Shown: positions 23,360 to 32,392 of the stretch, piece by piece | Numbering within the stretch: the stretch's first letter is position 1 | Layout: each line of letters begins with the position of its first letter | IMG/VR virus record: IMGVR_UViG_3300010362_000064 | Span: 1-33,326 of that record | Reading direction: 5' to 3' (one strand) | Length of the DNA stretch: 33,326 nt | Source: a virus | Lineage: Duplodnaviria > Caudoviricetes | Translations under genes and position numbers: made by a program | Notes under the pieces: generated by a model | Told to the model about the DNA's origin: nothing | The model's input: only the letters and a program-made list of their open reading frames with translations | The model's database searches: none

Positions 23360-24598
23360 CTAGCCTTCCACCCGGCACGCCCAGTCGGGCCGGAATTCCT
23401 TAAAACCGTACAGACAATCAATCCGCGCCGCCTTCTGGTCGGTGGCGATCTGGTACTGCCGGACGTACCGGAGACTTACGTTCAGTTCGTTATCTGCGAC
23501 ACGACTCACCTCGGCCCCGGCCAGATCCGCATCCAGATCCGCCATCGCGCAGATGAACGCCTCGGGGTGGAAGAGCAGCGACTGCGGCGAGGCCGTCGCC
23601 GTCATCGTGCCCGCCCCGGTCGTGATGGTCGAGCCGAGCGGCACGATCGCCGCCCCGTTGGCCGGCGAGGCGGTCACCGTCTGCAGGTTGCCCGACGGGA
23701 TGATCGGCGGGTTGATGCTGATGGTCATCGCGCCGGCGGTGTCACTCACCGTCTGCGTCACGACGAACTGCTGGAGTGATCCCGTGCTCGCGTAGTTCTG
23801 CGGGTTCACGGCATAGACGCCGGCAATCGTGAAGATATCGCCCGCGTTCAAGGTCGTCGCGCCGGAGGCCCACGCCTGCGTCAGGAGCGAGTTCCCCGTC
23901 TGGTTCGCGCCCTGCACGGTCGGGGTCGCCGTCGTGAAGCTGCCCGTCGTGTGGATGTAGCGGTTCTGGTCCTGATACCACTCGGCGATGCCGAGCTGGT
24001 TGCGCCCGAACATCCCCTCGCGGTAGTTCTCGCTGATGGCGGCTGAGGGATTGAAGAGCGTCGAGGTGTCCTGGACGAGGTTGACCATCGCGTTCGGGTC
24101 GAGGACCGCAATGCGGCTGCCCGCCGGCACGGCCGAGAGCGTCAGTTTCGCGCCGGCCTGGAGGTACGTGAGCCGCGAGGTCGGTGTCGTGCCTGGCGTG
24201 CCCACCGCGTTCCACACGGTCGGCGTCATGCGCGCCAGCCCGTCGTAGTCGATGGTATTGGCGAGCTGCTCGCCGGCCGGGTTGATGTAGCGCTTGCGGA
24301 TTTCCTCGACGACCATCGTGGCATCGGCGGTACTCCAGGAGGTCCCGATGTTCGCCTGGTCGGTGAGGGTGACGGGGACGGTCTGGTCGTTGATGGCCTG
24401 CGCCTGAAACGCCTGGCCCTTGGTGGTCTTGAACCGCTGGGGGAGCCGGCCCGAGACCGTGTAGCCGACTTTGGCGCCGCCGGCTTTGAACTTGTCGTCG
24501 TACCAGCGTTCGATATTGGCCGCGAACTTGAGCATGTTCACGGCGACCCGGGCCACGTCCTTGAGGACCCAGGTGGGGGTCACGAAACTGTTCGCCAT
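23360..24598 (-). CDS. Major capsid protein, P22 gp5 family
   Basis: MANSFVTP...GAKVGYTVSGRLP...YINPAGEQLANTID...LNAGDIFTIAGVYAVNPQ...RIDCLYG...RPDWACR. Confidence 0.93.
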   Translation of the reverse strand: MANSFVTPTWVLKDVARVAVNMLKFAANIERWYDDKFKAGGAKVGYTVSGRLPQRFKTTKGQAFQAQAINDQTVPVTLTDQANIGTSWSTADATMVVEEIRKRYINPAGEQLANTIDYDGLARMTPTVWNAVGTPGTTPTSRLTYLQAGAKLTLSAVPAGSRIAVLDPNAMVNLVQDTSTLFNPSAAISENYREGMFGRNQLGIAEWYQDQNRYIHTTGSFTTATPTVQGANQTGNSLLTQAWASGATTLNAGDIFTIAGVYAVNPQNYASTGSLQQFVVTQTVSDTAGAMTISINPPIIPSGNLQTVTASPANGAAIVPLGSTITTGAGTMTATASPQSLLFHPEAFICAMADLDADLAGAEVSRVADNELNVSLRYVRQYQIATDQKAARIDCLYGFKEFRPDWACRVEG

Positions 24599-24637
24599 CG
24601 CGAGCACCTCGCGCGAAGGCGTGTCGGATGCGGCGGG

Positions 24638-25678
24638 TTATTTGAGCGTGCCGGGGACTTTCAGCCGTCGGTTCCAGTACCGCGCGTGCTCGGCCAGGGA
24701 CGCACTCTCACCCGGAGGCGCATCGGACACGACAGGCGAGCTGCCCACCGGCGTAATAGGCGGCTTCGCGGTACTCGCCGAGGCCCGCGTCGTTGTGCCG
24801 GCGCCATTTCTGGCGGCAACAGGCGGGGCCGCAACCCGACTCTCGAGGAGCCGGCGCATCACAGCGGCAGCTGCAACCGGGGTGTGTTCACTCTCCTCGG
24901 CCAGCTGGGTGCACTCCTCGGGATGCGTCGCCAAGTAGTGGACCAGGTCGGCAGCGTGCGGGGAGTCGACGATCGCCTCCTGCATCACGCCCGACACCTG
25001 GAGGCCTAGTGTATCAGCGTCTGTCAAGACCTGGTCGAAGTCGGGGTGCGCTTTGCGGCCTTCGGCCACCCGCTGCTCGAAGGTCGAGAGGCGTGACTTG
25101 CGCGTCTGCTGCTGCTCGTAATTGGCGAAGCGGTCGTCGAGTTGGCGCGCATGGTCCCAGCGGGTCCAGGCTTGGAGATACGCGGTGTAGGGATCGGGGA
25201 AATTCGCGAACTGCTCGAACTGCGGCTCGCCGTTGACCGGCTGCGGCTGCACAAAGGTCGGCGTGGGGACTGGTGCCGATCCGGCATGCTGGCGCAGCAG
25301 CGCGAGCGCGGTTTCGGCGGCCTGCGCGCGACGGTCGGCCTCGGCTTTCTGCTGCGTGAGCTTGTTGATGCGGTCGTGCCAGCTGCGTTGCTGGTTCTGC
25401 GCCCGGGCACTCGCCTCGGGCGTCGGCTCGGTGGCCGCCGGTTCCGGCAGTTCGGCCGGGGGCGTCGCCGATTCGGCGCGGGTGAAACGGCCTTTCTCGT
25501 CACGCCGTGGTTCGGTGGCGGCGGGTGCGGCCTCCGCCGCAGGTTGTTCCGGTGCGGGCTTCTCTGGCTCCGGCGTGGGCGCCTCGAGCTGCTGCAGCAG
25601 ATCCGCTTCGCTCGTCGCCATGTTGGTGGTGACCGTCATGCCGCCGTGTTCGACGGTGACCGGGGGTTGTGTGGCCAT
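24638..25678 (-). CDS. Scaffolding protein
   Basis: RRDEKGRF, RINKLT, HPDFDQV, LVHYLATHPEE, AKPPITPV motifs; sits between portal and coat. Confidence 0.85.
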   Translation of the reverse strand: MATQPPVTVEHGGMTVTTNMATSEADLLQQLEAPTPEPEKPAPEQPAAEAAPAATEPRRDEKGRFTRAESATPPAELPEPAATEPTPEASARAQNQQRSWHDRINKLTQQKAEADRRAQAAETALALLRQHAGSAPVPTPTFVQPQPVNGEPQFEQFANFPDPYTAYLQAWTRWDHARQLDDRFANYEQQQTRKSRLSTFEQRVAEGRKAHPDFDQVLTDADTLGLQVSGVMQEAIVDSPHAADLVHYLATHPEECTQLAEESEHTPVAAAAVMRRLLESRVAAPPVAARNGAGTTTRASASTAKPPITPVGSSPVVSDAPPGESASLAEHARYWNRRLKVPGTLK

Positions 25679-25684
25679 AGATTG

Positions 25685-26044
25685 CTACCTTCTGCTGGCT
25701 TGGACGCGGCGACACATCCGCTGATGTCCCTCCACTGCTTCCGCACGCGAGGTATACCGCGATTGTTCGCCATCTAATTGGCCACCGAAAATCATCGTTT
25801 CCCATAGCAACGGTGGGCCGTCATCGAAATGATTGTGATCGAGGCCGAGAAAGACCGTCGAGACCCGAACCCGATCCGATCCCTCGATGGCATTGACATC
25901 CGCCACGTTGAAGTAATCCAACGCGATCTGCCGGTCGAGCCTCTCAAACGCCTCCGCCCATGTCAGCACATCTTCACAGGGAACCGCCTCGCCCTGCTCG
26001 TCCAACAGATACAGATGCATCGATGTACGCATGCGGCTATGCAC
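25685..26044 (-). CDS. Conserved phage hypothetical protein (start 26044 or about 26017)
   Basis: VSTVFLGLDHN...PLLWETMIFGG...RY motif, common in phage accessory genes; lower GC than flanks. Confidence 0.75.
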   Translation of the reverse strand: MHSRMRTSMHLYLLDEQGEAVPCEDVLTWAEAFERLDRQIALDYFNVADVNAIEGSDRVRVSTVFLGLDHNHFDDGPPLLWETMIFGGQLDGEQSRYTSRAEAVEGHQRMCRRVQASRR

Positions 26045-28379
26045 CCTCCGGCCCCGGCCCTTGCGGCGGTCCCTGCTGTTGTTGCATCTGCGCTTGCATC
26101 TGCTGCTGTTCGCGCTGCGCCGCGAGTTGCTGCTGCTGTTGTTCGCGCTGCGCCTGCAACGATTCGGCCTGCAACTGCGTCTCGTGCGCCTGCTGATCGA
26201 GTTGCCGCACGTTCTGCATCACTGCCGGATACAAGGCCCGCTCGATCCCCGCTTGCGCGCCGACCCCACTCACGTCCAATTTGCTCTGCGCCGCGATCTC
26301 CGCCTTGAGCAGATCCACTTGCGCCTGCACCGCCGCAATGCGTTCCTGGCTCGCCAGTTCGAGTTGTTTGACTTGGACATCGGCCTGCGCCTTCACCGTC
26401 TCGGTCTGGATGATCTCGGTCTTCGCCTGCAGTTCTTTGGTCAGCAGGTCGATGATCCCCTGCGCCTGCGCCATCTGCTGCTGCATCTGCGCGACGTTGG
26501 GCTGCTGCTGCTCGCTGTCGTCCTGGAACTGCGGCGGCAGCGTCTTCTTCGCAATCGCGGCGAGCTTCTTCGCGCCGGGGAAGTCGAGCTCGTCGAGCCA
26601 GTAGGGCGCGAGAATCGGCGCGAGCCCCGGCGCCGCCTGCATGATCTGGCTCATCGCGTCGGCGGTCTCCTGCCGGCGGGTCGCATACGACTTGCCCACG
26701 ACCGCCGTGACCGTCAACTCGGCGGCCTTGAGGTCGATCAGCTGCGCATCGGGCGTCCCCGGCGGGACGGCCTGCGGTTTCCCGCCCTGCTCGACGAAGG
26801 GGATGTTCACCATGATGGACTTGCGCTGCTCGGCTTCGTTCAGCCCCGGCACGATGCGCCCCGGCCGGTCGTAGATCCGCGGGATGAGATCTTTGAGCAC
26901 CTTGCCTTCGTAGAGCATCGAGATCGACGCCAGGTTGTCCAAGTAGCCCGAGGTCCCCACTTCCGCCTGCCCCTGCAAGGCGCGAATCGCGATGCCTGAG
27001 CGCTCATGCGGGTCGAGCTGGCCCAAGGACACCGGCGGCATGTTGGTCGTCGCGTGGAGGTCGTCTTTCGCGGCGGTCGCGGCGAGCGTCACGGCTTGGA
27101 TCGCCGGCTCGGCGACGTTGCGCTGCGGCGGGGGCGCGGGGCCGCCCGCGTAGGTCTGCAAGCGATACGGCAAGTAGGGCAGGTTGCGCGTATTCACCTG
27201 CTGCCACCATTGCTCGTAGCCCTCGAGCTGCCCGTCCGCAATCAGCCATTGCGCGCGGGGCGCGAGCCCCACGGCTTCGACCTGCGCCGAGCGCATGTAG
27301 TTATACGACTGCTGCGCGTCGCGCGCGAACTGGACGATGCCGGTCCAGCGGCGTTGGCCATTCAAGTTCGCTTCGTCGCCGATGACCGGGACGATCGGGA
27401 TGTAGCAGCCGTTCCACTCGCGCGCGGGTTCCAGGTCCTCGACGCCGTTGATGAGCGACCAGAAGACCTTCCGGCCCTGGCGGAGGGTGCGGCGCGGGAG
27501 CGGCTCGCCGCGATCGTGCTCGACTTGCGCGAGGATCTCCTTGGGGATTTCCGCCTCGAGCGCCGTCGTGCCATCGGGCAGCAGGATGAGCGTCTGGACG
27601 TCCTCGCGCACGTCCCAGTATTCGGCCACGCGCACGCTCAGGCCCGCCGAGTCTTCCGCGCTCGTGATCCAGTCGGGGATGTCGTTGCCGATCGACGTCA
27701 GTTCCTGGTCGGAGGAATTCGCGAGGTTGGATTTCGGATAGAGCTTGCGGTAGCGCGCGACGGGGATGTCCTGCGTCAGGAGCGCGAACATGCCATCCGA
27801 CCAGTCCGGCTCCTGCGCAAACGGGTCGAGATACACGCTCGCCTGATTCAAGATCCGCTTGTAGATGATCTTCTGGTCGAACGTGCGGTCGTTGACGTAC
27901 TCGGTCAGGATGCGGTAGGCGCCGAAGCCGCACTTGGCGGCGCGCTCAAACGCCCACTGCCGCGCCAGGTGCGCCCGGGAGTCCGCCTGAATCGCCCGCG
28001 CGATATTGTTGTACGCATCGGCCACGAGCTGTGTCGCGGTCTCCCCTTCCGGCGCGAACGAGAGGCCGAGTTTCGCCTGCCGGCCGGTGTTGATGATCTG
28101 CTGGACGGGGGCGCGCAGCAGGTTGAACTCGAGACACGGGCGCGCGGCGACCGGGGGGAGCCCGCTGCCGGCGGGATTGCCGGCACGACTCGCGCGGACC
28201 TCGTCCGGCCACTGCGCGCCTTTCTCGTCGATGAAGCGCAGGTCGTCGAGTTCCCGTTCGCGTTGCTCGTCGAAGGCGTCGACGCAGAGCTGGAAGCGGT
28301 CGAGGGCGAGGTCGTGCGCGGACGTGTCGGGGGCGTCGGGGTCGGTCGGCGTTTCGGGCGGGGCGGAATCAGTGGCCAT
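26037..28379 (-). CDS. Portal protein, P22 gp1 family
   Basis: DDLRF..GAQWP, RPCLEFN, VYLDP, YIPIVPVIG, GIVQFARDAQQSYNY, SGIAIRALQ, GKSYATRRQE; Q-rich coiled-coil barrel. Confidence 0.93.
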   Translation of the reverse strand: MATDSAPPETPTDPDAPDTSAHDLALDRFQLCVDAFDEQRERELDDLRFIDEKGAQWPDEVRASRAGNPAGSGLPPVAARPCLEFNLLRAPVQQIINTGRQAKLGLSFAPEGETATQLVADAYNNIARAIQADSRAHLARQWAFERAAKCGFGAYRILTEYVNDRTFDQKIIYKRILNQASVYLDPFAQEPDWSDGMFALLTQDIPVARYRKLYPKSNLANSSDQELTSIGNDIPDWITSAEDSAGLSVRVAEYWDVREDVQTLILLPDGTTALEAEIPKEILAQVEHDRGEPLPRRTLRQGRKVFWSLINGVEDLEPAREWNGCYIPIVPVIGDEANLNGQRRWTGIVQFARDAQQSYNYMRSAQVEAVGLAPRAQWLIADGQLEGYEQWWQQVNTRNLPYLPYRLQTYAGGPAPPPQRNVAEPAIQAVTLAATAAKDDLHATTNMPPVSLGQLDPHERSGIAIRALQGQAEVGTSGYLDNLASISMLYEGKVLKDLIPRIYDRPGRIVPGLNEAEQRKSIMVNIPFVEQGGKPQAVPPGTPDAQLIDLKAAELTVTAVVGKSYATRRQETADAMSQIMQAAPGLAPILAPYWLDELDFPGAKKLAAIAKKTLPPQFQDDSEQQQPNVAQMQQQMAQAQGIIDLLTKELQAKTEIIQTETVKAQADVQVKQLELASQERIAAVQAQVDLLKAEIAAQSKLDVSGVGAQAGIERALYPAVMQNVRQLDQQAHETQLQAESLQAQREQQQQQLAAQREQQQMQAQMQQQQGPPQGPGPEGA

Positions 28380-28863
28380 GATGGCTGCCCGACGATGTCA
28401 AGCAACAATCCGCGCCTTCGACGCCATGCGCGGCGCAGCGGTACCGCTTCGGGGCTGGTCCCCTGTCGCCCCGATTCCACGCCTCACGTCGTCGCCGCGC
28501 CGTCTCCGTTTCCACCCACGGCGGCAACACCGCCGCGAATTCCGCCGGATCATCCGCACTGAGATGACCCACGACCCAGAAGTGATCGCCGCCGTTGTGC
28601 TCGACCATGAGCGTGTCGCGGTCCGCAAGACTCCACTGATGGAACCGCCGCGCCTCGGGGGCCGGATAAATCACCTCCACGCGCCGTTCCATGCCATTGA
28701 CCCATCCCGTGACCCAGCCGTGCCGTTCAACCGGCTCGACATCGTGGGCGTAGACTGCCACTTCGGGCCGTGCCAACAGATCCGCAAGCGTCGGCGCGGT
28801 GATCGTCCAGCCGCCCTCGCCATCATTCACGAAGGCCGGCACATGTTGGCGCAAGCGAATCAT
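28369..28863 (-). CDS. Hypothetical protein
   Basis: IRLRQHVPAFV...LLARPEV...FHQWS...FWVVG; ATGA-coupled. Confidence 0.65.
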   Translation of the reverse strand: MIRLRQHVPAFVNDGEGGWTITAPTLADLLARPEVAVYAHDVEPVERHGWVTGWVNGMERRVEVIYPAPEARRFHQWSLADRDTLMVEHNGGDHFWVVGHLSADDPAEFAAVLPPWVETETARRRREAWNRGDRGPAPKRYRCAAHGVEGADCCLTSSGSHHGH

Positions 28864-29018
28864 TTGCTGCCCTTCTTACCCAGCGCCGCCACGGCCCCGA
28901 AAAAGCCCTTCTGGGCCTTCGTCAACGGATGGCCTTTGATTTCTTGATCGTGGAGGATCTGGCGCGCTTTGCGCGGCGAGGGTGCGTCTTTGCGTGTGCT
29001 GGGCAGTTTGGGCATCAT
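28860..29018 (-). CDS. Small basic protein
   Basis: KARQILHDQEIKGHPLTKAQKGFFGAVA; coupled to the downstream ORF. Confidence 0.65.
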   Translation of the reverse strand: MMPKLPSTRKDAPSPRKARQILHDQEIKGHPLTKAQKGFFGAVAALGKKGSK

Positions 29019-29051
29019 GCTCACCCGTCGGGGGCATTGTCGCATGCGCTG

Positions 29052-29450
29052 TCAACTCAGTGGCCCGACGAGCGACGGCAGCGGGGTCGGGAACTCGCCC
29101 TTCGTCCATCGCCAGAGATGCAGCACATTGGGATGTGCATTGACGTACTCCGAGCGGCGCGGATGGAACTGCACAACCACATCGTCCTCGTCCCAGAACA
29201 GCGCTTTCACAAAGGCCATCTCTTTCCACGTCGGGACGCGCGACTGCTTGCCGCGAATGACGTTCACGCTGACGTGTTCCCAGTCTTGCGCTTCTGGCAC
29301 CTCAGGATCTTGGCCGTTCGTCGCGATGATCGCGAGCATCCAGCCCGGTTCCGGGGACGGCACATAGAACGCGCCGTATTGGCCTTCGTTCGGCTTCGTT
29401 CCCATCGGGCCATCGAGCAGGCGCGCCGCTTCAGGTACGTGGAATCCCAT
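29052..29450 (-). CDS. Conserved phage protein (WEHVSV...PTW.EM...HP...LHLWR family)
   Basis: WEHVSV...RVPTWKEMAFVKALFW...QFHPRRSEYVNAHPNVLHLWR; strong SD GAGGAGG before ATG 29450. Confidence 0.8.
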   Translation of the reverse strand: MGFHVPEAARLLDGPMGTKPNEGQYGAFYVPSPEPGWMLAIIATNGQDPEVPEAQDWEHVSVNVIRGKQSRVPTWKEMAFVKALFWDEDDVVVQFHPRRSEYVNAHPNVLHLWRWTKGEFPTPLPSLVGPLS

Positions 29451-29589
29451 GATCCTCCTCGTCCTCGTCGTCATCATCGTCATCGGTGCCGCAGTCGTGA
29501 TCGCAATCGCGGCGTTCGCCGGTCATCTCGTCCTCGCGTTCCCACTCGTCGCAATCGCACGGCTCGCCACACCACGGACAGCGATGCAT
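29431..29589 (-). CDS. Small Cys-rich, highly acidic protein (52 aa; not in ORF track)
   Basis: MHRCPWCGEPCDCDEWEREDEMTGERRDCDHDCGTDDDDDDEDEEDHGIPRT; starts 4 nt after the TerL stop. Confidence 0.65.
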   Translation of the reverse strand: MHRCPWCGEPCDCDEWEREDEMTGERRDCDHDCGTDDDDDDEDEEDHGIPRT

Positions 29590-29593
29590 CGCT

Positions 29594-31021
29594 TCAACTC
29601 ATCCACGCGCCCGACGAGCGCGAAATCGACCGAATCATCGGTGGTGGTTCTTCTAATTTTGGGGGTTGCCGTCGATGCGAGAAATTCAGTTGTAAATATT
29701 CGGCCACGTTCTGACCGTGCTCATACCACCCATCTTTTCGCGGTCGCCGCATCGACTTGCGCCCCACGGTAATCATCAACTCATCCCACACGTACCCAGA
29801 CTCGCAGCCGTCCGCGTAGAACGGCCACCGCTGCACGCCGCGCCGTGGCGACACGAGCAGCCACCGCTCGTCGCTGATCCCGAAACTCTCGCCCGTCGGC
29901 GTGCGCGTCCGCATCGTGCGCGCGAGATCCTCGATCATCGCGAGCCGCACATCGGGCGCGTTGCTGTTGTCGACGAAGGCAATGGGATGGCGCGCCGGAT
30001 AGTGACTGCGCAGGATGTCCACGCCGTTCTGCCGCAAGCCTTGCGAGCTCTGGTGCGAGCCCGCCGGGTCACAGCACGTCTTGAGTTCCGCTTTCGGGAA
30101 CCACTCGTCGCGGTAGCGCGTGACGGTGCGCATGAAGTCGTCGAGGAACATGTCCTCGCCCTGGATGCCCGCGAGAAACAGCACCGCGCCGAAGGGGTCG
30201 ACCTGGCGCGCGACCCAACAGGGATGGTGCTTCCCGAAGTCGATGCCTTCCTCGAGCGGGAGCTGCGGATTGAAACTCAAGGGCCGCTCGTGCACGCGGC
30301 GGGTGAACGCGCCGGCATAGACGGGGTCGCCGATGACGTTCATGCCGCGGCGGCCTTCGATGAGCGTCACGCGCTTGGGATGACCGGGTGGATAGGTCTC
30401 TTCCAGGTTACGAATGGTCTCGGCATCGAGGTTGTGTTTGTTGTCGTAGACGCTGAGTGGGATGTACTTGCGTTGGCTGATGGAGTTATCCGCGGGGAAT
30501 TCTTTCGCGATCCAGTGGGTCTCGTCCACCGCTTGCGGCGTGATGACGATCTGTTGCGGGTAGCCTTTCTGCGAGAGGCGGGCTTTGAGTTCGTGGTAGA
30601 CATCGCGCGGGACTTCTTCGGCCTGGTCGATGTAGGCACGGGCCAATGTCAGGCCGCGGAACTTGCCGTAGCGCGCCTGCTGGTCCTGCGCCTTCAAGCC
30701 GCGAATGTAGGCCCACGAGCCATTGGGGAGTTCATCGTAGTGTTCGACCGCGTTCCACTTGGCGCGGAGGCCGGCTTGCGCGAGGATGGCGCGCCAGATC
30801 GGCTTCAACACACTTTGGGTGGCGTCTTCGGTCCAGCGCGCGAGGATCGTGTGAATGCCTGGCTGGTCAAGCATCGCATTGAGTTCTTTCCAGAGGGCGA
30901 TGGTCGTCTTACTCGCACGCAGCGCGCCTTCGATGTCGAGCGCGTGTGTCGTGTCGTGGAGGGCGTCCCACTGTTTGCCGCGCCACCGCATGACCAGTTT
31001 GTCCGGACTAGTCATCGCCAT
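29594..31021 (-). CDS. terL: Terminase large subunit
   Basis: Walker A-like IEGALRASKT, FRGLTL..AYIDQAEE (Walker B), DNKHNL, nuclease GIDFG and CDPAG; precedes portal. Confidence 0.88.
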   Translation of the reverse strand: MAMTSPDKLVMRWRGKQWDALHDTTHALDIEGALRASKTTIALWKELNAMLDQPGIHTILARWTEDATQSVLKPIWRAILAQAGLRAKWNAVEHYDELPNGSWAYIRGLKAQDQQARYGKFRGLTLARAYIDQAEEVPRDVYHELKARLSQKGYPQQIVITPQAVDETHWIAKEFPADNSISQRKYIPLSVYDNKHNLDAETIRNLEETYPPGHPKRVTLIEGRRGMNVIGDPVYAGAFTRRVHERPLSFNPQLPLEEGIDFGKHHPCWVARQVDPFGAVLFLAGIQGEDMFLDDFMRTVTRYRDEWFPKAELKTCCDPAGSHQSSQGLRQNGVDILRSHYPARHPIAFVDNSNAPDVRLAMIEDLARTMRTRTPTGESFGISDERWLLVSPRRGVQRWPFYADGCESGYVWDELMITVGRKSMRRPRKDGWYEHGQNVAEYLQLNFSHRRQPPKLEEPPPMIRSISRSSGAWMS

Positions 31022-31298
31022 CGCGCAGCTGCTGGTGGATGACTTGTTTCATGACCATCGGCCCGCCATCGGGACCGGTGAGGGCTTGCGCCGGTTTGCC
31101 GCAGCCGCGATCGAGGAGTTCTTTGCCCGCCGCGATACGCGTGGGCATCGGTTGCGCTTCGTCGTTGACGATGCGGACAAACAGGGCGATGACCGTCGTG
31201 ATATGGGCACTGGCGAGTTTCTTGACATCCGCCGTGACTTTGTTCGGTGTGCCTTTTTGCCGTCCCCCGCGCCGATAGGTCGAGCCGCCGCCGGGCAT
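31008..31298 (-). CDS. terS: Terminase small subunit
   Basis: GGRQKGTPNKVT...RIAAGKELLDRGCGKPAQALTGPDGGP; directly upstream of TerL. Confidence 0.8.
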   Translation of the reverse strand: MPGGGSTYRRGGRQKGTPNKVTADVKKLASAHITTVIALFVRIVNDEAQPMPTRIAAGKELLDRGCGKPAQALTGPDGGPMVMKQVIHQQLRDGDD

Positions 31299-31350
31299 CA
31301 GTGACTAGTCCTCGCTAGTGTAGTCACCCAATATCGGGGATTACGCGTAG

Positions 31351-31548
31351 TCATCGAATCACCCGTGGTGTCCGCAGATACCGATCCGCTTGCTCCCGGA
31401 GTTCACGCAGAAATTCCGCATCCGTGAGAGCAGCCGTCTCCGCCAGTACCGTTTCGAGTTCCTGCACTTTCACGGTCTCACTCATCGACCGCGGCAACAG
31501 AGCGATCAGGATGGTTTGAACGGCGGCCCGCCGGTCGAGATGACTCAT
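31351..31548 (-). CDS. Hypothetical protein
   Basis: 65 aa, ATGA-coupled to the upstream ORF. Confidence 0.6.
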   Translation of the reverse strand: MSHLDRRAAVQTILIALLPRSMSETVKVQELETVLAETAALTDAEFLRELREQADRYLRTPRVIR

Positions 31549-31703
31549 GGGCGGAGGGATTGTTCCATCGCGACGGCCAGACGCTCGAGCGCGGCATGGA
31601 TCGCCTCGAGCAGCAGGAGACTGCGCCAGAGGAACAGCGTGACGAGGGCACCGAAGAGCAGCACGAGGAGGAGCGTGCCGGTGGCGAGCGCGATCGTCAT
31701 CAT
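31545..31703 (-). CDS. Small single-TM protein
   Basis: MMTIALATGTLLLVLLFGALVTLFLWRS...; ATGA overlap with the MTase stop. Confidence 0.6.
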   Translation of the reverse strand: MMTIALATGTLLLVLLFGALVTLFLWRSLLLLEAIHAALERLAVAMEQSLRP

Positions 31704-32392
31704 GGCCGATCCGTCATCGCACACGCTTTGATGCGTTCCGCGATCCATTCGGCGATCTGCGGGACGATCGCATCTCCAAGGCCATGCAAGCGGTCCATCC
31801 CTCCGGGTATCCCATCAGCCACTCGGCCCAGTGGGGATTCGGTCGGCCACCGAGCGCACACGTCAACGAAACGCCGCCCTGCGAATACGGTCTGGTTCGC
31901 TTGCTCTCGCTCGCGACGAGGGTAGGCCAGAATCCAGAGTCGAGCTCGTAGATGATGGGCGCCGAAGGCCGCAGCCGGTAACACGTCCCATTCCGCATCG
32001 AACCCGCAGCCGGCCAGATCGCTGAGAACGGTGCCAAGTCCCCGTTTAAGCAAGCTTGGCGAGTTCTCCAGCAGCGCGTAGCGGCATCCCACTGCGCGCA
32101 GAACACGGGGGACGTGAGCCCACAGTCCACTCTTAGGCCCTGCAATCCCGGTACGCGGTCCAGCCGTAGAAATCTCTTGGCAGGGAAAGCCGGCCGTGAC
32201 CACATCGACTGCTGCGAGGTCAGATTCCTGTAGCGTCGTGATGTCCGTGAATCGCTCAACGCTCGGCCACCAATGCTCTAAAACCGCTCTCTTCTTGGGA
32301 TCGAGTTCGACTTGCCAGGCGATGTCGAAGCCGGCGCGCGTGAAGCCAAGGTCAAAGCCTCCAATCCCGCTGAACAGCGATCCCACGGTCAC
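31700..32392 (-). CDS. C5 cytosine DNA methyltransferase (alpha-type polypeptide)
   Basis: Motif I SLFSGIGG, IV GFPCQ, VI LLENSP, VIII HLRAR, X LGDAIVPQ; very short variable region. Confidence 0.9.
   Translation of the reverse strand: MTVGSLFSGIGGFDLGFTRAGFDIAWQVELDPKKRAVLEHWWPSVERFTDITTLQESDLAAVDVVTAGFPCQEISTAGPRTGIAGPKSGLWAHVPRVLRAVGCRYALLENSPSLLKRGLGTVLSDLAGCGFDAEWDVLPAAAFGAHHLRARLWILAYPRREREQANQTVFAGRRFVDVCARWPTESPLGRVADGIPGGMDRLHGLGDAIVPQIAEWIAERIKACAMTDRP
31714..32259 (-). CDS. Overlapping alternative-frame ORF, candidate MTase beta subunit (start uncertain)
   Basis: WPAAGSMRNG..Y...SGFWPT...GGRPNPHWAEWLMGYPEGWT, a motif IX-like segment absent from the main frame. Confidence 0.65.
   Translation of the reverse strand: MSDSRTSRRYRNLTSQQSMWSRPAFPAKRFLRLDRVPGLQGLRVDCGLTSPVFCAQWDAATRCWRTRQACLNGDLAPFSAIWPAAGSMRNGTCYRLRPSAPIIYELDSGFWPTLVASESKRTRPYSQGGVSLTCALGGRPNPHWAEWLMGYPEGWTACMALEMRSSRRSPNGSRNASKRVR

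Noticed and set aside
26040-26200. CAG/CTG-rich repeats
   Set aside because: They simply encode the Gln-rich C-terminal coiled coil of the portal
27006-31042. Long + strand ORFs 27006-28562 and 29717-31042
   Set aside because: Antisense to portal and TerL; no independent coding signal
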